A DNA stretch of 64,000 nucleotides from Candidatus Omnitrophota bacterium (lineage in GTDB: Bacteria; Omnitrophota; Gorgyraeia; S143-82): assembly GCA_015494465.1 (NCBI GenBank), contig WGBD01000002.1:67683-131682 (forward strand), in the 5' to 3' direction. A model generated the notes under the pieces. It saw only the letters and a program-made list of their open reading frames with translations. It made no database searches and had not been told where the DNA came from. The position numbers and the translations under genes are program-made. Numbering within the stretch: position 1 is the stretch's first letter; each line of letters opens with the position of its first letter. Positions 19,185-28,639 of this stretch are shown here, one piece after another.

Positions 19185-19212
19185 ATTTTAACCCAAACCA
19201 GGCCATTGTCAA
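19185..19212 (-). promoter_or_regulatory. Candidate sigma-70 promoter for glnA (TTGACA, 16 nt spacer, TAAAAT) with a ~150-nt leader
   Basis: Minus strand reads TTGACAatggcctggtttgggtTAAAAT. The downstream leader has a GTTTAAAC palindrome adjacent to the SD (ACAGGAGG). Confidence 0.35.
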
Positions 19213-19219
19213 CAAAAAT

Positions 19220-19918
19220 TCACTTCATACGCAGTACCCTGTCGCAGACCCGCTCCACCAGATCGAGGTCGTGGGATATGAACAGGCCTGAAACCTGTTT
19301 TTCTTTAAACAGGTTTCGCACCAGATCTACCAACCTGGATTCCGTCCGCTTGTCCAGGGCAGAGGTGATCTCGTCCAATACGAGGAACTTGGGCTCCAGC
19401 AACAAGGCCCTCGCTATGCAGACCCTCTGTCTTTGCCCCCCGCTCAACTGAGAGGGATAACGATCCAGGACCGATTCGTCCAGATCGACATCCGCCAAGG
19501 CCCTTACTATCCTCTCCCTAACCGCCCTGCGATTGAGATGGGGGAAGTGCACATCCATTGCCTCCTTCAGGTAACTCCCCACCTTCCAGAAGGGATCTAT
19601 CGCGGTATAGGGGTCCTGAAAGACGATCTGCACCGCCTTGGCCAAGCCCTTGCGGTCCATCCTGCGCCATTCGGATACCTCCCGTCCCAAGACCTTGACC
19701 GAGCCCTCGTAATCCTCAAGCCCGGCGACGATCCTGCCGATGGTACTCTTCCCACATCCCGAAGGGCCCACTATTCCCACCAACTCCCCGGGGTAGACCT
19801 CCAGATCCAACCCGTCTATCACCACCTGGGGCAGGGACAGCAAGAGTTCCTTGCGGACATAAACCTTTCTCAAATCCCGTACGAGAAGTATGGGCTCTCT
19901 TTCAACCGACCTATCCAA
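19220..19918 (-). CDS. ABC transporter ATP-binding protein (OppF/DppF-like)
   Basis: Walker A GPSGCGKST, signature LSGGQRQR, Walker B LVLDE. Confidence 0.85.
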   Translation of the reverse strand: MDRSVEREPILLVRDLRKVYVRKELLLSLPQVVIDGLDLEVYPGELVGIVGPSGCGKSTIGRIVAGLEDYEGSVKVLGREVSEWRRMDRKGLAKAVQIVFQDPYTAIDPFWKVGSYLKEAMDVHFPHLNRRAVRERIVRALADVDLDESVLDRYPSQLSGGQRQRVCIARALLLEPKFLVLDEITSALDKRTESRLVDLVRNLFKEKQVSGLFISHDLDLVERVCDRVLRMK

Positions 19919-20576
19919 TCTCTATCCTCCGGGCCGAGAGGTACTCCACCGCAGACTCGTCGTGGGTGATGAACAGGACCGCAAACGATCCTTCCCTCTG
20001 GAGGTTGAGGATGAGGTCCAATATCCCCCGACGCAGGTCTGCGTCCAAGGACGAGGTGATCTCGTCGCCTATGAGGAGGGCGGGCTCCAAGAGGAGGGTC
20101 TGGGCTATGGCCACCCTCTGGGCCATCCCCCCGCTCAACTGAAACGGGTACTTCCTCTTTACCTCCAGTGGCAGGCCCACCTTCTTCAGCACCCCATCTA
20201 TACTCTCCTGCACTCCCTTGGTTATCCCCTTGAGCAGGAGGACCTCCCTTAAGATATTATCCACCCGCATTATTGGATTGAGATAGGCGTGGGGCTGTTG
20301 GAATACTATACCGATCCCCTGTCCCCGTATCCGGCGGAAGTCCTCCTCATCCTCAAGAAGAGCACCCTTAAAGCGTATCTGTCCTTCCCAGACCGCGTTT
20401 TCGGGCAAGAGTCCCAACAGGGCCAAGGCTACGGTGCTCTTACCCGAGCCGGAAGGCCCGAGCAGGGCGACGATTTCCCCTTCTTTGATCTCCAGATCAA
20501 ACCCCTTGACGACCTGTTTCAGCCCCTCAGGGGTCCTATAGGATATCCCCAGAGCGGATACCTTTAACAGACTCAT
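19911..20576 (-). CDS. ABC transporter ATP-binding protein (OppD/DppD-like)
   Basis: Walker A GPSGSGKST, signature LSGGMAQR, Walker B LIGDE. It overlaps the ugd stop by 4 nt. Confidence 0.85.
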   Translation of the reverse strand: MSLLKVSALGISYRTPEGLKQVVKGFDLEIKEGEIVALLGPSGSGKSTVALALLGLLPENAVWEGQIRFKGALLEDEEDFRRIRGQGIGIVFQQPHAYLNPIMRVDNILREVLLLKGITKGVQESIDGVLKKVGLPLEVKRKYPFQLSGGMAQRVAIAQTLLLEPALLIGDEITSSLDADLRRGILDLILNLQREGSFAVLFITHDESAVEYLSARRIEIG

Positions 20577-21886
20577 CCCACGCGTATGTACTTACGAGCG
20601 TACCTGCGGATCAGTTCGGGGTTGTAGATGTTCCTGCCGTCGTAAACGACCTTGCCTTTGAACAGAGTCGGGTTGATGTCCTTATACTCCGGCCAGTCGG
20701 TCACCACCACTACCGCCTCGCAGTCCTTTATCAGATGCTGAGGATCATCCGCTACCCGAACCGAGTCTGCCAGATCACCCAAAGCAGAGAGGAAGTTATC
20801 CACCGCCACCGGATCGTGGACCGTCAACCTCGCACCCTCCTCAAGCAGGGCTCGGGCAATATCTATGGCCGGGGATTGGCGCACGTCGTCGGTACCGGGC
20901 TTGAAGGCAAGGCCGAGAAGGCCAACACTTCTTCCTTTTAAAGAGGCGAATTCCCCCCGCAAGGCCTCCACAGGTTTCATCCTCTGCCGGGCGTTCACCT
21001 TCATCACTGCAGACAGGAGCTCCACTTCCACCCCAACCGAGCGGGCGGTGGATATCAGGGCCGAGACATCCTTGGGGAAACAACTTCCCCCAAATCCAAG
21101 CCCTGCCTTTAGAAAGTAGGGGGATATCCGGTGGTCCAGACCCAATCCCCGGGACACCGTATCCACATCCGCCCCTAACCGCTCGCACATGTTGGCTATC
21201 TCGTTGATAAACGATATCTTGGTGGCCAGGAAGGCGTTTGAGGCGTACTTTATCATCTCCGCAGTGGCTATGTCGCAGACTAAGAGGGTGGGATTTACCT
21301 TCTCGTACAAAGACGCCACCTTCCAGGCAGCCTCCCGGTTGTCACTCCCTATCACCACCCTATCCGGGTTCATAAAGTCGTAGACCGCCTTACCCTCCCG
21401 CAAGAACTCGGGATTGGAGACCACATCAAAGCAGGCCTCGGGATGCCTTATACCCCTGCGGGTCAATTCCCCCAAGAGGAATGCCCTTGCCCATCGGCCA
21501 GTTCCCACCGGAACGGTGGACTTGTTGACGATGATCTTGTAGTCCCCTTCCTGCAGGTGCTCTGCTATGCCCTGAAGTGCGGACTCCACGAAGGACAGGT
21601 CCGCCGAACCGTCCGGCCTTGGAGGGGTACCCACGGATGTAAAGATAAAGTCTGCAAATCCAACCGCCTCTGCGTAATCCTCGGTGAAATTTATCCTGCC
21701 TTCGGAGCGCACGAAAGAGAACATCTCATCCAACTCGGGCTCGTATATAGGCAACTCACCTGCCTTCAGGCGGGCAACCTTGAAGGGGTCCTTGTCTAGT
21801 CCCAACACATCATGTCCCAGATAGGCGAAGCCTATTCCCGAGACCAGTCCGACATATCCCGTACCGATAACCGATATCCGCGCCAT
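20573..21886 (-). CDS. Nucleotide-sugar dehydrogenase (UDP-glucose 6-dehydrogenase family)
   Basis: N-terminal Rossmann fold ISVIGTGYVGLVSG and a catalytic region GGSCFPKD. 437 aa. Confidence 0.85.
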   Translation of the reverse strand: MARISVIGTGYVGLVSGIGFAYLGHDVLGLDKDPFKVARLKAGELPIYEPELDEMFSFVRSEGRINFTEDYAEAVGFADFIFTSVGTPPRPDGSADLSFVESALQGIAEHLQEGDYKIIVNKSTVPVGTGRWARAFLLGELTRRGIRHPEACFDVVSNPEFLREGKAVYDFMNPDRVVIGSDNREAAWKVASLYEKVNPTLLVCDIATAEMIKYASNAFLATKISFINEIANMCERLGADVDTVSRGLGLDHRISPYFLKAGLGFGGSCFPKDVSALISTARSVGVEVELLSAVMKVNARQRMKPVEALRGEFASLKGRSVGLLGLAFKPGTDDVRQSPAIDIARALLEEGARLTVHDPVAVDNFLSALGDLADSVRVADDPQHLIKDCEAVVVVTDWPEYKDINPTLFKGKVVYDGRNIYNPELIRRYARKYIRVG

Positions 21887-21901
21887 AGAAGGGATTATAC
21901 A

Positions 21902-22813
21902 TCAGGTCTTCTCCAAAATACAGATGTAAAAGCCCTCCATGGTCTCGGTGGGGATCACATGCCAGCCAAGTCCGTTTATACCCGGAAAGACATTCTTAAA
22001 GGGCAGGGCAAAGTCCACGGGTCGCAGATCCGGGAACTTGTTAAGTATCCACTCCATCAACCACTCGTTCTCCTCGGGGGAGAAGGTGCAGGTGGAGTAG
22101 ACCAGTCTTGCCCCCTCCTGCATACAGCGATAGGCAGAGATAAGGAGCCTGCGCTGTTTCCTCGTCATCTCCTTGACCTTGCGCAGGGACCAATAGGCAT
22201 AACTCCGGGGATCGTGGGGATCAAACCGCCCCTCCGCACTGCAGGGGGCATCCAAGAGGACCCTATCGAACCGTCCCGCGTACCTGCGGAAGAGGACCCC
22301 AGCGTCTCCCAAGAGAAGGTCTGCCTCCCTACAGCCCTGCAATTCCAGATTCGCCTTCAGACGATAGAACCTCGGTTTCACCTTCTCCACCGCCAGAAGA
22401 TAGGCACCGGGAGGCAACATTGCACAGATCTGGGTGGTCTTGCTCCCGGGGGCAGCGCACATGTCCAATACACTGCGGGCGGACTCCAATTCCATGTACA
22501 AAGGGGGGAGCATGCTGGAGAGGTTTTGGAGGTATATCTTGCCCTCGCGATAGAGGTGTGTCTCTTGGAGCTCCCTTTGAGTCGGGGACAGGAGCACGAA
22601 GGCCCAGTCAAACCAGGGGACCTCCCTCAGACGCAGGCCAAGGGCTCTGGCCTCCTCCAGGAAGGCCCGCCGATCTATCTTGAGGGGATTTATCCGAAAT
22701 GTCGTCAACCTCTTCCCGGTGAGACCGCGCAATATCTCAGCGAAGTGCTGGGGGAAGAACTCTTCCAACCTCTCTAAAAACTGGGCGGGAAATCTATCCT
22801 TCAACGAGGCCAT
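21902..22813 (-). CDS. RNA cytosine-C5 methyltransferase, RsmB/RsmF (NOL1/NOP2/Sun) family
   Basis: Motifs DMCAAPGSKT and DAPCSAEG. Confidence 0.8.
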   Translation of the reverse strand: MASLKDRFPAQFLERLEEFFPQHFAEILRGLTGKRLTTFRINPLKIDRRAFLEEARALGLRLREVPWFDWAFVLLSPTQRELQETHLYREGKIYLQNLSSMLPPLYMELESARSVLDMCAAPGSKTTQICAMLPPGAYLLAVEKVKPRFYRLKANLELQGCREADLLLGDAGVLFRRYAGRFDRVLLDAPCSAEGRFDPHDPRSYAYWSLRKVKEMTRKQRRLLISAYRCMQEGARLVYSTCTFSPEENEWLMEWILNKFPDLRPVDFALPFKNVFPGINGLGWHVIPTETMEGFYICILEKT

Positions 22814-23300
22814 GGCGCGCCTTCATAAACACATAACCGGTGGCTACTGCGATGGCATCGCTCACATCCAAGGGGTGATCCTTTATCCCCTCTCCCAGCG
22901 AATACATCTGGGCTATAACCCCCCTCACCTGCTCCTTTGAGGCATTCCCCCTGCCGGTGATGGCCCGCTTTATCCGGGCAGGAGATATCTCGGAGACCCT
23001 TGCCCCGCTCCTCTGGGCCGAGAGAAGCAGAATCCCCCGGGCGTGTCCCATGATCACCGAGGTGTAGGGGTGCTGACGGTGAGAATATATCGACTCAAAC
23101 ACCACCACCGCAGGCCGGTAAGAGGAGAACAACTCACAGGCGCTTTCGTAGAGGAAGTTGAGCCTCCAGGAAAGGGACTTACCACTGGGTATCTTGAAGA
23201 CCCCTTTGTCCTCGAGATAACACCTGCGGGAGTGGACTCTAAGTACCGCGTATCCGGTCTGCCTTATCCCGGGATCTATACCTACGACGATACCTTCCAC
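22794..23300 (-). CDS. ruvC: Holliday junction resolvase RuvC
   Basis: Motif GIDPGIRQTGYAV plus conserved acidic residues. 168 aa. Confidence 0.85.
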   Translation of the reverse strand: MEGIVVGIDPGIRQTGYAVLRVHSRRCYLEDKGVFKIPSGKSLSWRLNFLYESACELFSSYRPAVVVFESIYSHRQHPYTSVIMGHARGILLLSAQRSGARVSEISPARIKRAITGRGNASKEQVRGVIAQMYSLGEGIKDHPLDVSDAIAVATGYVFMKARHGLVEG

Positions 23301-23301
23301 A

Positions 23302-24045
23302 TCAACAACACTTCACACCCAACACCGCACTATCGCCATAACCCCTTACCAACACCTCTCCCACCGCATCCCGGGACAACTCCACGAACCTGCGTATCTT
23401 CTCGGGAGGGTGAACCCAATCCGGGCAGTGTTCCGGATCCAAGACATACTCCGGCCGATAGGCCTGCAAGACATAGCGTCGGGCAGAGGCGATCTCCTCT
23501 GCGATGGCCTTGATGTCCTCTTCCTCCACGAACCCCGGCACGACCGTGGTGCGAAACTCGTAATCCGGGGCAAGGGAGATGATCAGGGAGATGCTCTTGC
23601 GGATTCGCTCCACACCGTCGGGAGCAGACAGGCCCAGTTCGGGATACCTCTCCAGACGGGTCTTTACATCCATCGCCAGGTAGTCCAACTGCCCCTCCCT
23701 CAGGAGCAACTCCAGCACACCGGGGTTGGTCCCATTGGTATCCAGCTTGACCTTGTATCCCAAGGACTTTATCTGGTGTATGGCGTTGGGAAGATCCGCG
23801 TGGAGCGTGGGCTCCCCGCCGGTGATACAGACGCCCTCGAGAAAGGTCTTGCGGTGAGAGAGGTAGTCCAGGACCTCCTCCCACCGCTCCTTATAGACCT
23901 CTTCAGGCTCGTATTCGCAGGGGAGGAGGGCCACATTGTGGCAATAAGGACAGCGCAGATTGCACCCCTGCAAAAAGACTATCGCGCACAGGTGATTGGG
24001 ATAATCAACGAGCGACAGTCTCTGTAGTCCGGCAACCGGGAGCAT
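23302..24045 (-). CDS. nrdG: Anaerobic ribonucleoside-triphosphate reductase activating protein (radical SAM)
   Basis: Motif CNLRCPYCHN near the N-terminus. It sits immediately downstream of nrdD and the glycyl-radical gene. Confidence 0.8.
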   Translation of the reverse strand: MLPVAGLQRLSLVDYPNHLCAIVFLQGCNLRCPYCHNVALLPCEYEPEEVYKERWEEVLDYLSHRKTFLEGVCITGGEPTLHADLPNAIHQIKSLGYKVKLDTNGTNPGVLELLLREGQLDYLAMDVKTRLERYPELGLSAPDGVERIRKSISLIISLAPDYEFRTTVVPGFVEEEDIKAIAEEIASARRYVLQAYRPEYVLDPEHCPDWVHPPEKIRRFVELSRDAVGEVLVRGYGDSAVLGVKCC

Positions 24046-24175
24046 GCAGACCTTCCTCCTTGACCTTGAAGGTCTTCCTGTCCTTGAATTCCTCCTGCTT
24101 GCCCTTGTTCCACTCCTGCACCGGACGGAAGAATCCGGTTACCCGAGAGAATACCTCAACTTTGCACCTTCCCAT
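24005..24175 (-). CDS. Small glycyl-radical domain protein (56 aa) matching the C-terminal NrdD glycyl radical motif, encoded as a separate ORF
   Basis: Sequence MGRCKVEVFSRVTGFFRPVQEWNKGKQEEFKDRKTF matches the class III RNR Gly-radical consensus (RVxGY/F...WNKGK..E...R). It has its own SD, AAGGAGGGGG, 5 nt before the ATG. Its frame differs from that of nrdD. Confidence 0.6.
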   Translation of the reverse strand: MGRCKVEVFSRVTGFFRPVQEWNKGKQEEFKDRKTFKVKEEGLHAPGCRTTETVAR

Positions 24176-24206
24176 AGCCCCCTCCTTTCTTTTTTCCTGT
24201 TTCCAC

Positions 24207-26198
24207 CTATCCCTCGACACTGGCCAGGTCTTCGTAAGGGCACTTGAAGTGCGCACCCGGTATAAGCCCGTGATTCGGACATATCGTAAAGGTCGGCGTT
24301 ATCGTAAAGTAAGGCAGACGATAGTTCTGGGCTATCACCCGTACCAACTTCTTCACCGTCTCCCCGCTGTCCAGGCTCTCTCCCAAGAAGATGTGGAAGA
24401 CCGTACCGCCGGTGTAAAGCGTCTGGAGGTCGTCCTGATGATCCAGGGCCCAGAAGAGATCGTCGGTGTAATTGACCGGCAACTGGGAGGAATTCGTGTA
24501 ATAGGGCTCCTCCTTGCCCTGGGTCTTTATGTCCGCAAACCGCTCCTTGTCCATCTTCGCCAGTTTGTAGGCGGTGCTCTCCGCAGGTGTTGCCTCCAAG
24601 TTGTAGAGGTGCCCCGTCTCTTCCTGGAATTCCCGCATCTTTTCCCGAATGTACTTGAGCACCTTTATGGCAAAGGCCTTGCCCTCGGGATGGGCGATGC
24701 TGACCCCGAGGAAGTTCAGACACATCTCGTTCATCCCCACCACCCCTATGGTGGAGAAGTGGTTGGCCCAGTAACTGCCAAATCTGGACTTGATGTCCGA
24801 GAGGTAGTGTCGGGAGTAAGGATAGAGTCCCTTCTCGGTGAACCTCTCCAGGACCTCCCGCTTTATCTCCAGAGAGGTCTTGGCCAAATCCAAGAGGTGG
24901 TCTAGACGGGCGAAGAACTCCTCCTCGCTGTCCGAGAGGTAGCCGATGCGGGGCATGTTCAGGGTGACCACCCCGATGGAGCCGGTCATCGGATTGGATC
25001 CGAAGAGACCTCCTCCCCGCTTCCGCAGTTCCCGATTGTCCAACCTCAGACGACAGCACATGCTCCGGGCATCCGAGGGATCCATGTCGCTGTTTATGAA
25101 GTTGGAGAAGTAAGGGATACCGTACTTGGCGGTCATCTCCCACAACGGCTCCAAGAGTGGATTGTCCCAGTCGAAGTCCTTGGTGATGTTGTAGGTGGGG
25201 ATCGGGAAGGAGAATATCCTGTGCTTGGCATCCCCCTCTATCATCACCTCGCAGAAGGCCCGGTTTATCCAGTCCGCCTCCTTCTGGAACTCCTTGTACT
25301 TCTTGTCCTTGAACTCACCCCCGACGATGACATACTCCTCTTTAAGCATGTCGGGGATGGTGAGGTCCATAGTGATGTTGGTAAACGGGGTCTGGAACCC
25401 GACCCGCGTGGGCACATTTATGTTGAATATGAACTCCTGCATGTACTGCTTGACCTGTTCGTAGGTCAGGCCGTCGTAGTAGACGAACGGTGCCAAGAGG
25501 GTGTCGAAGTTGGAGAAGGCCTGGGCGCCCGCTGCCTCTCCCTGCAGGGTATAGAAGAAGTTGACGATCTGTCCCAAGGCGGTGCGGAAGTGCTTGGGCG
25601 GTCGGGATTCCACCTTACCGTAGGCACCACCAAAGCCCCGCAGGAGCAGGTCCTTGAGGTCCCATCCACAGCAGTAGACGCTGATAGAACCGAGGTCGTG
25701 GATGTGGAAGTCCCCGTTGCGGTGGGCGTCTGCCACCTCCTTGGGGTACACCTTGGTGAGCCAGTATCCGCTGGCAACGGTGGTGGAGATGTAGTTGTTC
25801 AACCCCTGGAGGGAATAGCCCATGTTGGCGTTTTCCTTGACCTTCCAGTCCCTCTGGTTGATGTAGTCGTCTATCATGTCCACCGCATCCCGCAGGAGCT
25901 GGTGGACCTCCCTTATCTTGGCGTGCTGTTCCCGATAAAGTATGTAGGCCTTGGCGGTCTTGGCGTGCCCGTTCTCTATCAGCATCTTCTCCACGAGATC
26001 CTGCACCTCTTCCACCGTCGGTATGCGGTCGTCTTTGTAGAGGATCTCAAGGATGGAGACCACCTGGTTGGCTATCTTCTTGGCGGGCTCCCTGTCCTTG
26101 CCCCCTACCGCTTGGGCAGCCTTGAAGATGGCGTTCTCGATCTTCTCGGGATTGAACTTCTCCAACCGGCCGTCGCGTTTGCGGATGTACTTGATCAT
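24207..26198 (-). CDS. nrdD: Anaerobic ribonucleoside-triphosphate reductase (class III) catalytic subunit, ending before the glycyl radical motif
   Basis: N-terminal ATP-cone (KRDGRLEKFNPEKIENAI), conserved NrdD core blocks, and a C-terminal Zn-ribbon-like CPNHG...KCP. The stop codon falls just upstream of the Gly-radical sequence. Confidence 0.85.
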   Translation of the reverse strand: MIKYIRKRDGRLEKFNPEKIENAIFKAAQAVGGKDREPAKKIANQVVSILEILYKDDRIPTVEEVQDLVEKMLIENGHAKTAKAYILYREQHAKIREVHQLLRDAVDMIDDYINQRDWKVKENANMGYSLQGLNNYISTTVASGYWLTKVYPKEVADAHRNGDFHIHDLGSISVYCCGWDLKDLLLRGFGGAYGKVESRPPKHFRTALGQIVNFFYTLQGEAAGAQAFSNFDTLLAPFVYYDGLTYEQVKQYMQEFIFNINVPTRVGFQTPFTNITMDLTIPDMLKEEYVIVGGEFKDKKYKEFQKEADWINRAFCEVMIEGDAKHRIFSFPIPTYNITKDFDWDNPLLEPLWEMTAKYGIPYFSNFINSDMDPSDARSMCCRLRLDNRELRKRGGGLFGSNPMTGSIGVVTLNMPRIGYLSDSEEEFFARLDHLLDLAKTSLEIKREVLERFTEKGLYPYSRHYLSDIKSRFGSYWANHFSTIGVVGMNEMCLNFLGVSIAHPEGKAFAIKVLKYIREKMREFQEETGHLYNLEATPAESTAYKLAKMDKERFADIKTQGKEEPYYTNSSQLPVNYTDDLFWALDHQDDLQTLYTGGTVFHIFLGESLDSGETVKKLVRVIAQNYRLPYFTITPTFTICPNHGLIPGAHFKCPYEDLASVEG

Positions 26199-26237
26199 GT
26201 CGCCCCCCTTATACTAACAAAACCTGTTGAAGGAAAT

Positions 26238-28514
26238 CTACTTGCCGTACTTCTTCCTCAGGATCCGCGCCGCCTCTACCATGTTGGAGAGAGAACGCTT
26301 CACCTCAGGCCAGTCGCGGGTCTTCAGTCCGCAGTCGGGATTGACCCACAACAACTCCTTCTTTATCCCCCGGCGCAGACACTCCTCAAGGAGTTCCAAG
26401 ATCTCCTCCACCGGAGGCACCCGCTTGCTGTGTATGTCGTAGACCCCGGGGCCGATGCACTTGTCGTAGCGGTACTCCCGGAATACATCCAAGAGTTCTC
26501 CCCGGGACCTGGCGTTCTCTATGCTTATCACATCCGCATCCATCTCCGAGATGGCGCTGATGATGTCGTTGAAGTCGGAGTAGCACATGTGGGTGTGGAT
26601 CTGGGTCTCCGGCCTCACCCCGGATGTGGTCAACCTAAACGACTTCACCGCCCAGTCCAGATAGGCCCTGCGCTTGCGGGCCTTCAAGGGCAGGCCCTCC
26701 CTCAAGGCAGGCTCGTCTACCTGTATTGCCTTTATACCGACCTTCTCTAAATCCAACACCTCCTCCCGCAGGGCCAAGGCAATCTGATAGGCCACCTCCT
26801 TGCGGGGTATGTCCGTGCGCACGAAGGACCAGTTCAATATCGTAACCGGACCGGTAAGCATGCCCTTCACCGGCCTTTCGGTCTGCTCCTGCGCGTACCT
26901 TATCTCGTTGACGGTCATAGGGGCGGGGCGAGAGACATCTCCGTATATGATGGGAGGACGCACGCACCGGGAACCGTAGGACTGGACCCACCCGTTCTTG
27001 GTAAAGGCAAAGCCCTTCATCTTCATACCGAAGAACTCCACCATGTCCGTGCGCTCAAACTCCCCGTGCACCAAGACATCCAGCCCTAATTCCTCCTGAA
27101 ACCTTATTACCTCCCTTATCTTCTCGGCAATGAAGACCTGATAGGCCAACTCGCTTATCTGCCCGCTCCGGTACAACCTGCGCATCCGCCTGACCTCTTG
27201 GGTCTGGGGGAAACTGCCGATAGTGGTGGTGGGGAACAACGGCAGATTCAGGAGCTTCTTCTGCAGGGCAAACCTCTTGGCAAAGGGCACGCCCCTGTCG
27301 AAGTCCGAAGGACTCAGGGCCTTCATCCTGCGCCTGACCTCGGGATCGTTGCGGAAGGCCTCTCTCTCCAGTCTCTTGAACAGGGCCCTGTTTGCCCTCA
27401 AGAGGGATGTGTTCCCTCTCCATACCTTCCTTATGTCCACCAACTCCTTAATTTTCTCTATCGCAAACGCAAGGTAAGGCTGAATCTCGCCCAGATCCTC
27501 TCCCTCAACCGTGTAAGGGACGAATTGCAGGGAAGACGACGGCGAGAGCATAGAATTACTCAGGTCGATCTTCTTGGCCAACCCCTTCAAGAGGGTGATG
27601 ACCTGGGAGTAGTCGGTACGCCAGACATTCCTGCCGTCCACTACCCCCAGGACGAGTCTGAGGCCCTCAGGGAGCCTGGTGCGAGAGAGGGCCTTAAGGT
27701 TTGCCTCCCTGCCCCGTACCATGTCCAGCCCAATATAGGCGAACCCCCACTTTACTGCCTCAGGTAGGTGCTCCTCTACGGACTCGAAATAGGTCTGGAG
27801 GACAAACCTCGTCTTCTTCCCGTAGCGGGCGTTGAGATCTCTATAATAGCCCCCGAGCCTCTTCACCGCCTTCTTATCCCTGCCGTAGACCAAGGCGGGC
27901 TCGTCTATTTGGATGTACCTTGCCCCCGCGGAGACCAAGGAGTTTACAACTTCCTCGAACACCGGCCAGAGGGCAGACATCCACTCCACCAGCGTGGTCT
28001 CGGACTCCACCTTGGCCAACTTCAGGAAGGTATACGGACCGATGAGAACCGGCTTGAGCTCCACCTTCCGGCCCTTCAGCCACCGTTTGGCCTTGTTGAA
28101 CTCGTCCAACATCCAGTTGTACTGCAGGTGGAACTCCCCATCCACCTCGGGCACTATGTAGTGATAATTGGTATCAAACCACTTGGTCATCTCTAGAGCG
28201 GGATTGCGGGCATCCCCCCGGGCGTAGACGAAGTACTTATCCAGCCAATCCGCAGAAGGGGAAAACCTAAACCGCTTCCCCGCGCACCCGTACATCCAGG
28301 CGGTGTCCAGGACCCCATCGTAAAGGGAGAAGTCCCCTACCGGTATCACCTCCACGCCGAGATCGGCCTGCAGTAGGAGGTGTTCCTTTTTCAAGGCATC
28401 CACCTTCTTCAGGAACTCCTCCCGGCCTATCTCCTTCCTCCAGAAGGACTCCAAGAGGAACTTCAACTCCCGATTCCTGCCTATTCTGGGAAAGCCCAAG
28501 GTGGTGATCTTCAT
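26238..28514 (-). CDS. metE: Cobalamin-independent methionine synthase
   Basis: 758 aa with N-terminal MKITTLGFPRIGRNREL and the two-domain MetE architecture. Confidence 0.9.
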   Translation of the reverse strand: MKITTLGFPRIGRNRELKFLLESFWRKEIGREEFLKKVDALKKEHLLLQADLGVEVIPVGDFSLYDGVLDTAWMYGCAGKRFRFSPSADWLDKYFVYARGDARNPALEMTKWFDTNYHYIVPEVDGEFHLQYNWMLDEFNKAKRWLKGRKVELKPVLIGPYTFLKLAKVESETTLVEWMSALWPVFEEVVNSLVSAGARYIQIDEPALVYGRDKKAVKRLGGYYRDLNARYGKKTRFVLQTYFESVEEHLPEAVKWGFAYIGLDMVRGREANLKALSRTRLPEGLRLVLGVVDGRNVWRTDYSQVITLLKGLAKKIDLSNSMLSPSSSLQFVPYTVEGEDLGEIQPYLAFAIEKIKELVDIRKVWRGNTSLLRANRALFKRLEREAFRNDPEVRRRMKALSPSDFDRGVPFAKRFALQKKLLNLPLFPTTTIGSFPQTQEVRRMRRLYRSGQISELAYQVFIAEKIREVIRFQEELGLDVLVHGEFERTDMVEFFGMKMKGFAFTKNGWVQSYGSRCVRPPIIYGDVSRPAPMTVNEIRYAQEQTERPVKGMLTGPVTILNWSFVRTDIPRKEVAYQIALALREEVLDLEKVGIKAIQVDEPALREGLPLKARKRRAYLDWAVKSFRLTTSGVRPETQIHTHMCYSDFNDIISAISEMDADVISIENARSRGELLDVFREYRYDKCIGPGVYDIHSKRVPPVEEILELLEECLRRGIKKELLWVNPDCGLKTRDWPEVKRSLSNMVEAARILRKKYGK

Positions 28515-28571
28515 TACTCGTCCCCCTTTCCACAGGTCTTCACACGAAATCCACAGGTTTTGCCCAACTTA

Positions 28572-28639
28572 CACAATATATTGTGGTTCACTATTGCTCA
28601 AGCCACTATATATTGTAATCCGGGCGGGAATATTGTCAA
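28572..28639 (-). promoter_or_regulatory. metE promoter (TTGACA, 16 nt spacer, TACAAT) overlapped by palindromic operator-like sites
   Basis: Perfect 14-bp palindrome CACAATATATTGTG at 28572-28585. Near-palindrome CACTATATATTGTA at 28604-28617 overlapping the -10. An ACAATAT half-site within the -35 at 28631-28639. Confidence 0.45.
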
